A DNA stretch of 45,349 bases from an uncultured bacterium. GTDB taxonomy: Bacteria; Cyanobacteriota; Vampirovibrionia; Gastranaerophilales; Gastranaerophilaceae. The notes under the pieces are model-generated. The model saw nothing but the letters and a program-made list of their open reading frames with translations, searched no databases and was not told the origin of the DNA. A program made the translations under genes and the position numbers. Each line of letters begins with the position of its first letter. Positions within the stretch are counted from its first letter, which is position 1. Of the stretch, positions 29,442-39,022 are shown in pieces. Location of the stretch: positions 1 through 45,349 of the forward strand of contig USEW01000001.1 in the NCBI GenBank assembly GCA_900553845.1, in the 5' to 3' direction.

Positions 29442-32400
29442 GTGAAATTAAAGTTTAAACATCAAGATTTTCAAACAGAGGTGGTAAATGCAGTAGCAGA
29501 CCTATTCACAGGGCAAGAAAAGTCCAGTATGACCTTCTCGATTGACGAGAATGCAGGACAAATGCGGTTACTTCAAAATGAGTTTGGGTTCGGCAACAAG
29601 CTTATGATTGATGATGAAACACTTATCTCTAACATGCATACTGTTCAGAGACGCCACAAACTTCCTATCAGTAGAGACTTTGATTCAAAGCAATACTCTA
29701 TCGAAATGGAGACAGGCACAGGTAAGACCTATGTCTATACAAAAACTATTCTTGAACTCAATAAGAAATACGGTTTCACTAAGTTTATTATTGTTGTACC
29801 TTCTATCGCAATCAGAGAAGGGGTCTTTAAGTCTTTGCAAGTTACAGAGGAACACTTTAAAAACCTTTATGACTCAGTACCTTATCGTTACTTTATTTAC
29901 AACTCCTCCCAGCTCTCAGATGTTAGAACTTTTGCTACATCAAATAACATTGAGATAATGATTATCAACATTGACGCATTTAAGAAGGCTGAAAATATCA
30001 TTAACCAGGAGCAAGACAAGCTCAACGGTGAAACCGCAATGAGGTACATACAAGACACTAATCCTATTGTAATTATAGATGAACCTCAATCTGTAGATAA
30101 CACTCCAAAAGCAAAAGAGGCGATACAGTCTCTTAATCCGTTATGTATACTCCGCTATAGTGCAACACATAGAGAAAAGATTAACATTCTTTACCGTCTG
30201 ACTCCTGTTGACGCTTATCAAATGGGACTTGTAAAACAGATTTGTGTGTCATCAAACTCTGTAGCTAACGACTTCAACAAACCTTACATCTACTTGAAAT
30301 CTGTATCAAATGAAAATGGATTCTCAGCTAAGATTGAAATTGATATTCAGGGCAAGGACGGCAAGGTGGAAAGAACCACAAAGACAGTTAAAGCTGGAGA
30401 TGATTTATATGTGTTATCAGGCAATCGTGAACTTTATCAGGACTATGTTATTGAAGGGATTGACTGTACAAAAGGTTTTGAATGTATTGAGTTTTCTAAC
30501 TCTGATATTGTTAAACTGGGTAAAGCTATCGGAAGTATTGACGAAAACATCATGAAGAAAGCTCAGATTTACAGAACTATTGAGGCTCATCTTGATAAAG
30601 AACTCAGATACTATGATAAAGGGATTAAAGTCTTGTCTCTGTTTTTCATTGATGAAGTAAAAAAATACCATACAGAGACAGGGGAGAAGGGAATATATGC
30701 TGAAATGTTTGAAGAGTGCTACAGGGAACTCATCAACAAACCAAAATATGCAGAGTTGAAAGACAAGTTCAATCCTGATGTAGAAAAAGCTCATAACGGT
30801 TACTTCTCACAGAATAAAAAAGGTATTTATAAGAACACAAAAGGCGATACACAGGCAGATGATGATACTTACAACACAATTATGAAGGATAAAGAGTATC
30901 TGCTTTCTTTTGATTGCCCTATGCGTTTTATTTTCTCGCATTCAGCGTTAAAAGAGGGCTGGGATAATCCAAATGTATTCCAAGTTTGTACTCTGATAGA
31001 CCAAAAGTCCACATTCACATGCAGACAAAAAGTCGGCAGAGGTCTGAGGTTGTGTGTAAACCAAGACGGTGAAAGAATAGAAGACAGAAACATTAACATC
31101 CTTCATGTTATGGCTAATGAGAGTTTTGCAGAGTTTGCTGAGAAGTTGCAGAAAGAGATTGAAGATGAAACAGGCATGAAGTTCGGAACTCTTCAACTGA
31201 GTGCTTTAATGGACTTGACATACGAGGAAAAAACTGAGATAGAACATACCATGAACGAGTCGGACGCTTTTGATGTGTTTGAAACTCTTATACAGAATGA
31301 TGTTATTGATTTTGACGGAACAGTAAAAGACGAGGGTAGGAGTAAATTAGAAGAACTGGAAGATTTTAAAATTGCAGAACCTCTTAAACAAGAGGTTAAG
31401 AAAATGGTGCAAGAGTCAAAACCATTGACCTTTGAAACTTTAAAAGAGGTTAAATGTGTTGAGACGGTTATTGAAGAGAAAACAATCTCGCATGAACAGG
31501 CTAGTGAGATTATGGAAGATCTTAAGGAGTTTAAAGTTGTTGCAAAAGACGGTAAGATTAAGGATACAATGAAGGCACAACTTGCCTCAGGCAAACTCGA
31601 CTTAATCCAGCGTTGGGGACAGGCGAAGACTAGGGCGATTGTCCAGGCATTAGAAAAAGCAGACAACCGACCAGTAATAAGAGACGCCTCAAAAGAAGTT
31701 ACGGTTAGATTAAAGTAACAGACTATTGTTTCACCTGAGTTCAGGGAGTTATGGGACAAAATTAAACAGAAAACCACTTACAGAGTAAATTTTGATATAG
31801 AAGAGTTAGTTAAAAAATGTGTTAAAGAACTACAGGACATGGACTCAATCCCTAGAGCAAGACTTGTTTCTAAAGTAGCTGATATTGAGATTGAAAACGC
31901 TGGAATTACGCACAGCGAAAAACACATTAAGACTCAGAACTTAACAGAGACTTTTGAGAGTATACCTGATATAATACGGTTAATCTCAACAGAGACCTTG
32001 CTTAAACGCTCTACGGTAGTTAGAATAATACTAGAGAGCGGAAGACTGCAGGACTTTGTTAATAACCCTCAGGGATTTTATGAGAAGGCTCTTGAAATCA
32101 TAGCCCGCAACAGGCATTCTATGGCGATTGACGGCATTAAGTATGTGAAATTAGCAGGTGAAGAGTATTATGTTCAGAAGATTTTTGACTCGGCTGAACT
32201 TATTGCCAACCTTGATAAAAACGCTGTATCAGTTAATCATAGCGTATATGACTACTTAATTTACGATAGTGGAGTTGAAAGCAGATTTGCAGAGAGTCTC
32301 GATAATGACCCTGATGTAAAAATGTTCTTTAAAATACCTTCAAGGTTTAAGATTGAGACACCAATAGGCTCATATAATCCTGATTGGGCTGTATTTATGG

Positions 32401-32582
32401 AGAAAAATGGAGAACAGAAACTATATTTTGTACTGGAATCTAAAGGCACTAATACATTATTTGACCTCAGAAGTCCTGAACAGCTCAAAATTCATTGTGG
32501 GAAACAACACTTTGACGCTCTTGATGTTACATTCCCTGCTGAACCAGTTAAGGACTGGAAAGAGTTTAAAGCGACTGTATAA
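29442..32582 (+). pseudogene. res: Type III restriction enzyme Res subunit, interrupted by one in-frame TAA (31716-31718)
   Basis: GTG start. Helicase motifs METGTGKTYVY, IIDEPQS, RYSATH and the SHSALKEGWDNPNVFQ/GRGLR block. The C-terminal PD-(D/E)xK-like segment NPDW...VLESKG lies in the same frame after the stop. Confidence 0.85.
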
Positions 32583-32709
32583 TCAAAAGAAAAGAGTAGT
32601 TAAATAAGCATTTATATCGTATAGAGATACTTTAAACCTGCTTAAATATCGCCCATTTATTTATTTGTATATAAACGGCGTCTTCGCTCGCGGTTTAATA
32701 GATAAAGAA

Positions 32710-32740
32710 AAGCCCTCTAATAGTAATTATCAGAGGGCTT
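32710..32740 (-). terminator. hairpin terminator downstream of the resolvase operon
   Basis: Stem AGCCCTCT/AGAGGGCT (32711-32718 with 32732-32739). On the minus strand it is followed by TTTTCTTT. Confidence 0.5.
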
Positions 32741-32897
32741 GTTGCATTCTAAGGAGCAATGCAATCTATTGAATTTTCAGGTCCATAAAAAGTACACTTT
32801 TTGTGGACTCTTTCCTAATGCGAAAAATTAACCTTTTTAGAGATGAATTTATAGAATTTTTGTACATGAAACACACCTAACATTTTATGGGCTCTGC

Positions 32898-33480
32898 TTA
32901 TTTGTAGAATGTACTTTTTGCAATATTGCACATCGACATAACATCTTTAACTTTAATCAATCCATTTTGATAAAGTTCATAAGTCCTTAAAAAATCCTTT
33001 GGCAATTCTGCGGTAGGTCTGCCAAACTTAACCCCCTCTTGATTTTGCCGAAGCGATTCCCTCTGCCTGTCTTGTTTTAATATTATCTCTTTCACGCTCG
33101 GCAACATAACTAAGTAATTTTAAAACAATATCTGTAATTAAACTTCCCGTAAGTCCATTTTGATTGTTTCGAGTGTTTAAAATCGGCATATCAAGGACTT
33201 GAATATCTACTCCCATATTTACAAGGCTTTCCCATTCGCTACAAATTTGTTTGTAATTCCTGCCTAATCTATCTATGCTTTTTACAATCAACAGGTCGCC
33301 ATTCCTTAATTGTGCCTTCATCTGCTGATATTTTTCACGACCGACAAAGTTTTTTCCAGAAGCTTTTTCAACTATGATTTCATCAACCTTCAAGCCGTTG
33401 AGGCTGTCTATTTGTCTATCTTCTTTTTGTTCACGTGCTGAAACTCTTATATATGCAAAGGTTTTAGCCATGATTAACAT
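32898..33480 (-). pseudogene. small serine recombinase (resolvase/invertase), +1 frameshift in a G5 run
   Basis: N-terminal AYIRVSAREQ (catalytic Ser) with the resolvase core. The C-terminal HTH (KFGRPTAELPKDF...) is in another frame. The junction sits at the C5/G5 run 33032-33036. Confidence 0.8.
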
Positions 33481-33656
33481 ACCCCCTTGATTGTTTTAAT
33501 AAAATCGTTTGTTAGTTCGTAATCATTGCCGTAACAAGTTATTGTTTTGACTCCACATTCACGCAATCGCTTTAAAATTCTTTGTACTTCTGTTTTTGTA
33601 AGCGTTTCTTGAAATTCATATAGGTAGTCAATTAAAACTTTTATTTTTCTTTCCAT
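33474..33656 (-). CDS. hypothetical small protein
   Basis: 60-aa ORF whose 3' end (stop codon at 33474-33476) overlaps the resolvase 5' end (start codon at 33478-33480) by 7 nt, suggesting an operon. No family recognised. Confidence 0.4.
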   Translation of the reverse strand: MERKIKVLIDYLYEFQETLTKTEVQRILKRLRECGVKTITCYGNDYELTNDFIKTIKGVC

Positions 33657-33712
33657 GTCCTGTTTACCTCATTTACTTAACTTCTTTTGAGAAAGTGTAA
33701 GAGCCAAAGCCC

Positions 33713-34006
33713 CTACACAATTTCAAATTTCATGTAACTTGAAACTTTTAAAAGTGCTTTGTATAACTCTGCATATTTTGTTTTCAAAGTTTTTGTATCA
33801 ACATTGTTACAGGTAATTTCATTAAGTTTAAAGGTATACGCACATGCTTGAAGTTCAAGAACATTTGCTTTGTTCATAAATTCTTTAACTAATGCAACTC
33901 TTTCATCTTTGAGTTCTTTAAGTTCAGCAATTTTGCTTTCAAGTGATTTGATTACCTTTGCTTCATCTTCAAGGTTTAAATTTGTAGTGATAACTTGCGT
34001 TGCCAT
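33713..34006 (-). CDS. hypothetical coiled-coil protein
   Basis: ATG 34006 is preceded by a perfect AAGGAG SD 8 nt upstream. The tracked ORF opens earlier, at 34060. 97 aa with heptad-like KIAELKELKDERVALVKEF. Confidence 0.5.
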   Translation of the reverse strand: MATQVITTNLNLEDEAKVIKSLESKIAELKELKDERVALVKEFMNKANVLELQACAYTFKLNEITCNNVDTKTLKTKYAELYKALLKVSSYMKFEIV

Positions 34007-34166
34007 GTTTTGCTCTCCTTCGTTTATTCTGTATTCGTTTACGTTTACATGATACATCACAAAATAAACAGAGTCAAGTAAAAAGTTTATACTTTCGACA
34101 CATTTGTTTATATCTGTATTGACTGCATTGACGATATAGTGTATCGTATAATTACGAGGTACAAAT

Positions 34167-34421
34167 ATGAACGAAAACGAAAAAGAACTTAAAGCGAAAG
34201 AGCTTGATGAGCAAGCAACAGAACTATTGAAAAGAAAAGTTAAGGCGATGATAGTAGAAAAAGGCTACACTATGGAAAAATTAGCAGATGACCTTAATGA
34301 AAAATATTATACAAAGGAAAGCAAAGCCAATTTATCAAACAAACTTAAAAGAGGTTCGTTGAGATACATAGACATGCAAAGAATAGTCGATGTTTTAGGG
34401 TATACTATCGAAATTCGATAA
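34167..34421 (+). CDS. putative small DNA-binding (HTH-like) regulator
   Basis: 84 aa, divergent from the 34006 gene across a 160-bp control region. The segment GYTMEKLADDLNEKYYTKESKANLSNKLKRGSL resembles an HTH. Assignment is weak. Confidence 0.4.
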   Translation: MNENEKELKAKELDEQATELLKRKVKAMIVEKGYTMEKLADDLNEKYYTKESKANLSNKLKRGSLRYIDMQRIVDVLGYTIEIR

Positions 34422-34539
34422 AATAGGCAATAGAAGGTAAAAATAAAAATTTTTTGTAATTTTTTTTTATTACTCTTACGGAAGCTGTCTATTAATGGTA
34501 TTCTTTGCACCATTTTGTTTTTTATGTTACAAATTGACT

Positions 34540-34559
34540 TTGTGGCAAGATTGTGGCAA
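34540..34559 (+). promoter_or_regulatory. direct repeat TTGTGGCAA-GA-TTGTGGCAA upstream of fic (possible operator)
   Basis: Two identical 9-mers at 34540-34548 and 34551-34559, 16 nt before the fic ATG. A TTGACT lies just upstream (34534-34539). Confidence 0.3.
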
Positions 34560-34574
34560 AGATAAGGAATTTTT

Positions 34575-35657
34575 ATGGCAGAGTTTAAACCGATTTTTTC
34601 TATAACTAACACTATAGCAAATAACCTTCTTGAAATAGAAAGAGTAAAAGAAGGCATTAAAACCCTGCCTATTAACCCTACTTTATTAGCATCGCTTAGA
34701 GAAACAGCGAAACTTCAAACAATTCACTATTCTACCCAAATTGAAGGTAACAGGCTAACGCAAGATGAAGTAAAAGAGCTTATAAGCAAGAAAAAAGTTG
34801 TTTCAAATACTGGCAGAATAAGAGATGAAAAAGAAATTAAAGGCTACTACACAGCTCTTGATTATATAGAAAAACTTGCAAAAACAAATGTTCAGATAAC
34901 AGAAGAAAACATTAAGTATATTCACGCACTTGTAGTCGGGGGTGGAAGTTCAAAAGTTAAACCTTCTGAATATAGGGAAGGACAGAATGTTATAACAGAT
35001 TCCTTATCGGGTAACATCGTTTATATGCCTCCAGAGGCTAAAGATTTAGCAGATTTAATGAAAGAATTTGTTAGTTGGATAAACTCCCCTAATGACATTC
35101 CTATCCCTATTGTTGCAAGTATTATTCATTATCAGTTTGTAACTAATCACCCATATTTTGATGGCAATGGCAGAACTGCAAGACTTCTTACAACACTTGC
35201 ATTGCACAAAGGTGGTTATGATTTAAAAGGGATTTATTCACTTGAAGAATATTACGCAAAAGACCTGCAAGGGTATTACGAAGCGATAACTATTGGTAAT
35301 TCCCATAATTACTATTTAGGCAGGGCTGAGTCTGACATTACAAAGTGGATTGAATACTTTATCAACGGTATGTCGATTGCTTTTAAATCTGTTTACAGCA
35401 GGGCAAAAGAACAAGAAAGTTCTAAAGATGGTATTAAGGTTTTAAGAGAACTTGATACAAAGCAAAGACAGATTCTTAACCTGTTTGAAACTCAAAAATT
35501 TGTTACTACTAAAGATGTTGCAGAGTTCTTTAAGTTTTCCCCACGCAGTGCAAGACTTCTCGTGTTAGAATGGGTAAATACAGGATTTTTACTTGCAATA
35601 GGCGAAGGGAAGAAAAGAAAGTATCAGCTTAATGAAAAATATGAGAAAATATTGTAG
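34575..35657 (+). CDS. Fic-family protein (class II type with an N-terminal inhibitory motif and a C-terminal winged helix)
   Basis: Active-site motif HPYFDGNGRTAR. The N-terminal YSTQIEGN matches the (S/T)xxxE(G/N) inhibitory helix. 360 aa. Confidence 0.85.
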   Translation: MAEFKPIFSITNTIANNLLEIERVKEGIKTLPINPTLLASLRETAKLQTIHYSTQIEGNRLTQDEVKELISKKKVVSNTGRIRDEKEIKGYYTALDYIEKLAKTNVQITEENIKYIHALVVGGGSSKVKPSEYREGQNVITDSLSGNIVYMPPEAKDLADLMKEFVSWINSPNDIPIPIVASIIHYQFVTNHPYFDGNGRTARLLTTLALHKGGYDLKGIYSLEEYYAKDLQGYYEAITIGNSHNYYLGRAESDITKWIEYFINGMSIAFKSVYSRAKEQESSKDGIKVLRELDTKQRQILNLFETQKFVTTKDVAEFFKFSPRSARLLVLEWVNTGFLLAIGEGKKRKYQLNEKYEKIL

Positions 35658-35753
35658 TAAATAGCATATTCAAAGTTATGAGAATACCTATAGGCAGTAT
35701 TACACAACAAACGCACATTTCATAAGCAGTCATGAACAAAGCCTTTACAAACT

Positions 35754-36327
35754 CTAATTTATCCATTTTACAACAGTTTCCCCTTGATAACCCTTAACCC
35801 AGACATACCACGCATAAGCAATAGCTTTTGTCGTGTATTTTTCAAAATCACCACCATTGGCACAGTTGATTCTGGAGCTTGATACATAGATAACTTTGGG
35901 CAGATACGTGGTAAAAAGTTCTTTCCTGCTCTTGCTTTCAAGAAATAATACTTTTAGAAACATACAAACATTTCTGCCTTCATCAACCCTTGAGAGGGCA
36001 TTTTCAACAAATTCTTGTGAATACTTAAAAGGTGGATTAGTTATGATATCAGCGTTATGATATGGCTCGGTGTTGTTTAAAAAATCTTCAACACTTCCAT
36101 AACCCCCTATTGATAAGGTTGGTAGCTTTACCTAATTTTCCTGCTTCTTCAAAAACCTTTGCTAAATGCCCTTCACCGCAGGCACATTCCCAGATATTAC
36201 TTAAATCTGGCTCGACCTCTAATAATAAATGCCCTACAATTGGTTCAGTTGTGTAATAGTCGTTTTCTTCTCTTGTGCCTTTGCCGTGATTAGTTGCCCC
36301 TAAGTTTATAAACATTGATTCTTTCAT
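35754..36327 (-). pseudogene. orphan phage-type N6-adenine DNA methyltransferase, +1 frameshift in a G5 run
   Basis: N-terminal part has ECACGEGHL (SAM motif I-like). The downstream frame has IITNPPF (motif IV). The frames join at the C5/G5 run 36103-36107. Confidence 0.7.
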
Positions 36328-36440
36328 AGCAGCCTCCAGTTGGATTTCTATGAAAGAATTTAGTTTTTAATAACTCAATTCTAATGTTTTACAATGCCAT
36401 TGTGTCAGTATAGTAATATCCTTAAAACTCAATCAGGACT

Positions 36441-37496
36441 TTAATTTGCCAATTTGTCTGATTTGCTAATACTATTTTTTATACATTTTAAATAGTGTTC
36501 ATTAAAATCTTTGCAACCACATTCCAGTTTATAGTGAACACAAAAAGGATATCTTTGCATTATTGTTTCAGCTGTTGTATTTCCCGCCTCATCATTATCA
36601 ATAAATAGATAACATTTTTTGTATTTTGAAAATTCGACTTCTTGAATATACTTTAGCAGACTATTCACACCATTACTTGGAGTTACAATATGATAAAATT
36701 CAATTTGATTTTGTTCTGTTAAGTATTGATAAAGAGCATATCCATCCATGTAACCCTCAACTATCGCCAAAATTTCTGTTTTTGATGTATAGCAATTTAC
36801 CATAGCCATTGATGTAGGCGTTCCTTTACTTCTGCTAATTTGTTTTTTTGTTAGGTTGCTATCACGGAATTCGAAACCAGTTATTGTGCATTCAGCAGAA
36901 TTAGCACTATATTTGAATGTTGGCATTACCCACTTATGAGTTTTTAAATCTATTCCGATACCACAATTTTCAACTGTATTCTTATTAAATCCTCTATGTT
37001 TCTCGATATACTTTAAAGCTTTATCATGTCTTAATAATTCTTCATTACATTTAGCCATATAAAGCAATAATTCTTCTTGCTTTTCTTGTGTAAATATGTC
37101 AATTTGATTATCAGATTTAGGTCTGATTATACATTTATTATTGTATTTTGCAGAATTAATATTACTAAAACTAACAGTTTTACTATTTTTATCTTTAGCG
37201 TATATCTCCTTTAAAATTCGCTGAGAATGCTCACCATTACTTGCAAAACAATAAAGAATACCTTTTTTAGGATTGAATTTGAGATTATCCCTATGCTTAT
37301 CTTGACAATAAGGACATTGCCAAATGTATTCTCCACCAATTTGTTTTTCAGCATATCCTAGATATGCCTCTATTTTATCCAATGTTAATTTTTCAAATTC
37401 CATGTAATACCTTTCTTTTAATACCTTGTGCCATTTTGGGTAAAACGGCAAATTAAAGCGCAGTCGTACTTTATTAAGTTCTCCAGGTTGGCACAT
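36441..37496 (-). CDS. DnaG-like primase (CHC2-type zinc finger plus Toprim domain)
   Basis: Carries CPYCQDKHRDNL...YCF (zinc finger) plus IVEGYMDG and FIDNDEAG (Toprim E and DxD). An alternative start at ATG 37403 has a better SD. Confidence 0.7.
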   Translation of the reverse strand: MCQPGELNKVRLRFNLPFYPKWHKVLKERYYMEFEKLTLDKIEAYLGYAEKQIGGEYIWQCPYCQDKHRDNLKFNPKKGILYCFASNGEHSQRILKEIYAKDKNSKTVSFSNINSAKYNNKCIIRPKSDNQIDIFTQEKQEELLLYMAKCNEELLRHDKALKYIEKHRGFNKNTVENCGIGIDLKTHKWVMPTFKYSANSAECTITGFEFRDSNLTKKQISRSKGTPTSMAMVNCYTSKTEILAIVEGYMDGYALYQYLTEQNQIEFYHIVTPSNGVNSLLKYIQEVEFSKYKKCYLFIDNDEAGNTTAETIMQRYPFCVHYKLECGCKDFNEHYLKCIKNSISKSDKLAN

Positions 37497-37503
37497 TACT
37501 ACC

Positions 37504-38946
37504 CTAGATAATGTCTTCTAAAAGTTTAACGCCTATACTAACATCGCCTGTAGGCATCTGTGATAAAGAATACTTAACACCTTTTGGCTTTGATTCTTTT
37601 ACATTAAGAAGAAAACCTTTTTCAGAAGCGATATCATTAACATATTTAATGATTTCCTCAAAATTTTTATCAAACATTTTTCTACTGCAACCGAAAGCAT
37701 TGTAGTGTGTACGTTTTAAATCTGTTATAGTAAATTCTTCATCCAGATGTTCTTTAAAGAAATCAAAAACACGTTCATACAAATCCTTGTACGCAGGTTT
37801 AAGTTTGATAAATTCCTTGAAATTACTACCTAGAAAATTTACAACACTAATAGCTTGTTCCATATCTAGAGGACTTATAACATGGTTAGCAGGATGATTT
37901 AAAACTGCAAATAGACAAGATAATTTTAGAGCCTTCAACTCTCTCGATTTTAACTCTCTCGCAAGCAAAGTATTTTCTTCATTGTTGACAAGCTCATTAA
38001 GTGATATCTTGTATGTATGAAAGACTTGTTTAAATGTTTCGTCCAACAACTCAAATACACTGTTTGAATTAACATTTAAAAATGTCGAGAAAAAACTATT
38101 ACCTAATTCATCTGCTTTTCGAGCAAAATTTTTGGATTGCTCTAAAGCTTTATCAACATCTTCTTCTATAGTCAATTTTGTTTTTGGCATATAAATGATA
38201 GTTGCCCTACGCCCAAATCCCATTTGCATTAAGCTATCAAACATTCCTTTTAATTCACTTGCAAACAATGTTGGGTCAGAATACAACAAAATATTACAAG
38301 GAATATTACTCAATTCATCTTCTCGATTTTCAGTTTTGATACATTTGCTACTAAGTTTACCATCATATAACTCAAAGATAGACTGAAAACATTGTTGGTC
38401 TTCTACCTTAGAATTTTTTAGCATTAAACCAAATTCGCCCATTTTAATCATTAAAGAGCCAAAATCCACACCTATTAATGCTTTTGCATCACAAAATATC
38501 CCCTCTGGTGTTGCTTTGTTAATTTCAAGTGTTATATTTCTGATACAAGAAGAATCTTTTTTTACTAGAGTTTCAATCTGTTTTTTATCGCTTACATTCG
38601 CCAGTTGTTCTTCATAACATCGTCTGATTTCTTCTGTTTTTTGTAACTTATAATCTTCTGCCTTATTTTTAATCCATAATCGACAATTTTTAAATATATA
38701 GTTATCCATTTCGTCTGACATTTTGTCCTTGCCATATCCACTTGGCTCAAAATTGATTGCATAATAATTTGGATAGCCTTGCTTTCCAAATTCTGAATAA
38801 TGTACTCTTTTAGCTGTAATCATTTGAGCCATTTTAGCCAATGCAACATTTAATATTATTGCATCTGAATGACTAGGATATCTCTCCTTAAATAATACTA
38901 GGATTTGATTTAATATTTTGGGGGTTTGAAAAGTATTGCTCATCAT
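37504..38946 (-). CDS. hypothetical replication-associated protein (DUF3987-like guess)
   Basis: 480-aa intact ORF immediately upstream of the primase, an arrangement typical of island/phage pri-rep modules. The domain assignment is tentative. Confidence 0.35.
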   Translation of the reverse strand: MMSNTFQTPKILNQILVLFKERYPSHSDAIILNVALAKMAQMITAKRVHYSEFGKQGYPNYYAINFEPSGYGKDKMSDEMDNYIFKNCRLWIKNKAEDYKLQKTEEIRRCYEEQLANVSDKKQIETLVKKDSSCIRNITLEINKATPEGIFCDAKALIGVDFGSLMIKMGEFGLMLKNSKVEDQQCFQSIFELYDGKLSSKCIKTENREDELSNIPCNILLYSDPTLFASELKGMFDSLMQMGFGRRATIIYMPKTKLTIEEDVDKALEQSKNFARKADELGNSFFSTFLNVNSNSVFELLDETFKQVFHTYKISLNELVNNEENTLLARELKSRELKALKLSCLFAVLNHPANHVISPLDMEQAISVVNFLGSNFKEFIKLKPAYKDLYERVFDFFKEHLDEEFTITDLKRTHYNAFGCSRKMFDKNFEEIIKYVNDIASEKGFLLNVKESKPKGVKYSLSQMPTGDVSIGVKLLEDII

Positions 38947-39022
38947 GTTATCTCCTTCTGTTTTTTATTTTTAGTCTAACCTTTAGAGATATATGATTCA
39001 CTAACTTTAGTCATAACTTTAG

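Noticed and set aside
22951-32582. Classifying the SNF2 plus methyltransferase block as DISARM or BREX
   Set aside because: The DISARM hallmarks (DrmA helicase, DrmB/DUF1998, DrmC/PLD) and the BREX hallmarks (PglX, PglZ, BrxC, BrxL) are absent. The methyltransferase and nuclease are ordinary Type III Mod/Res types.
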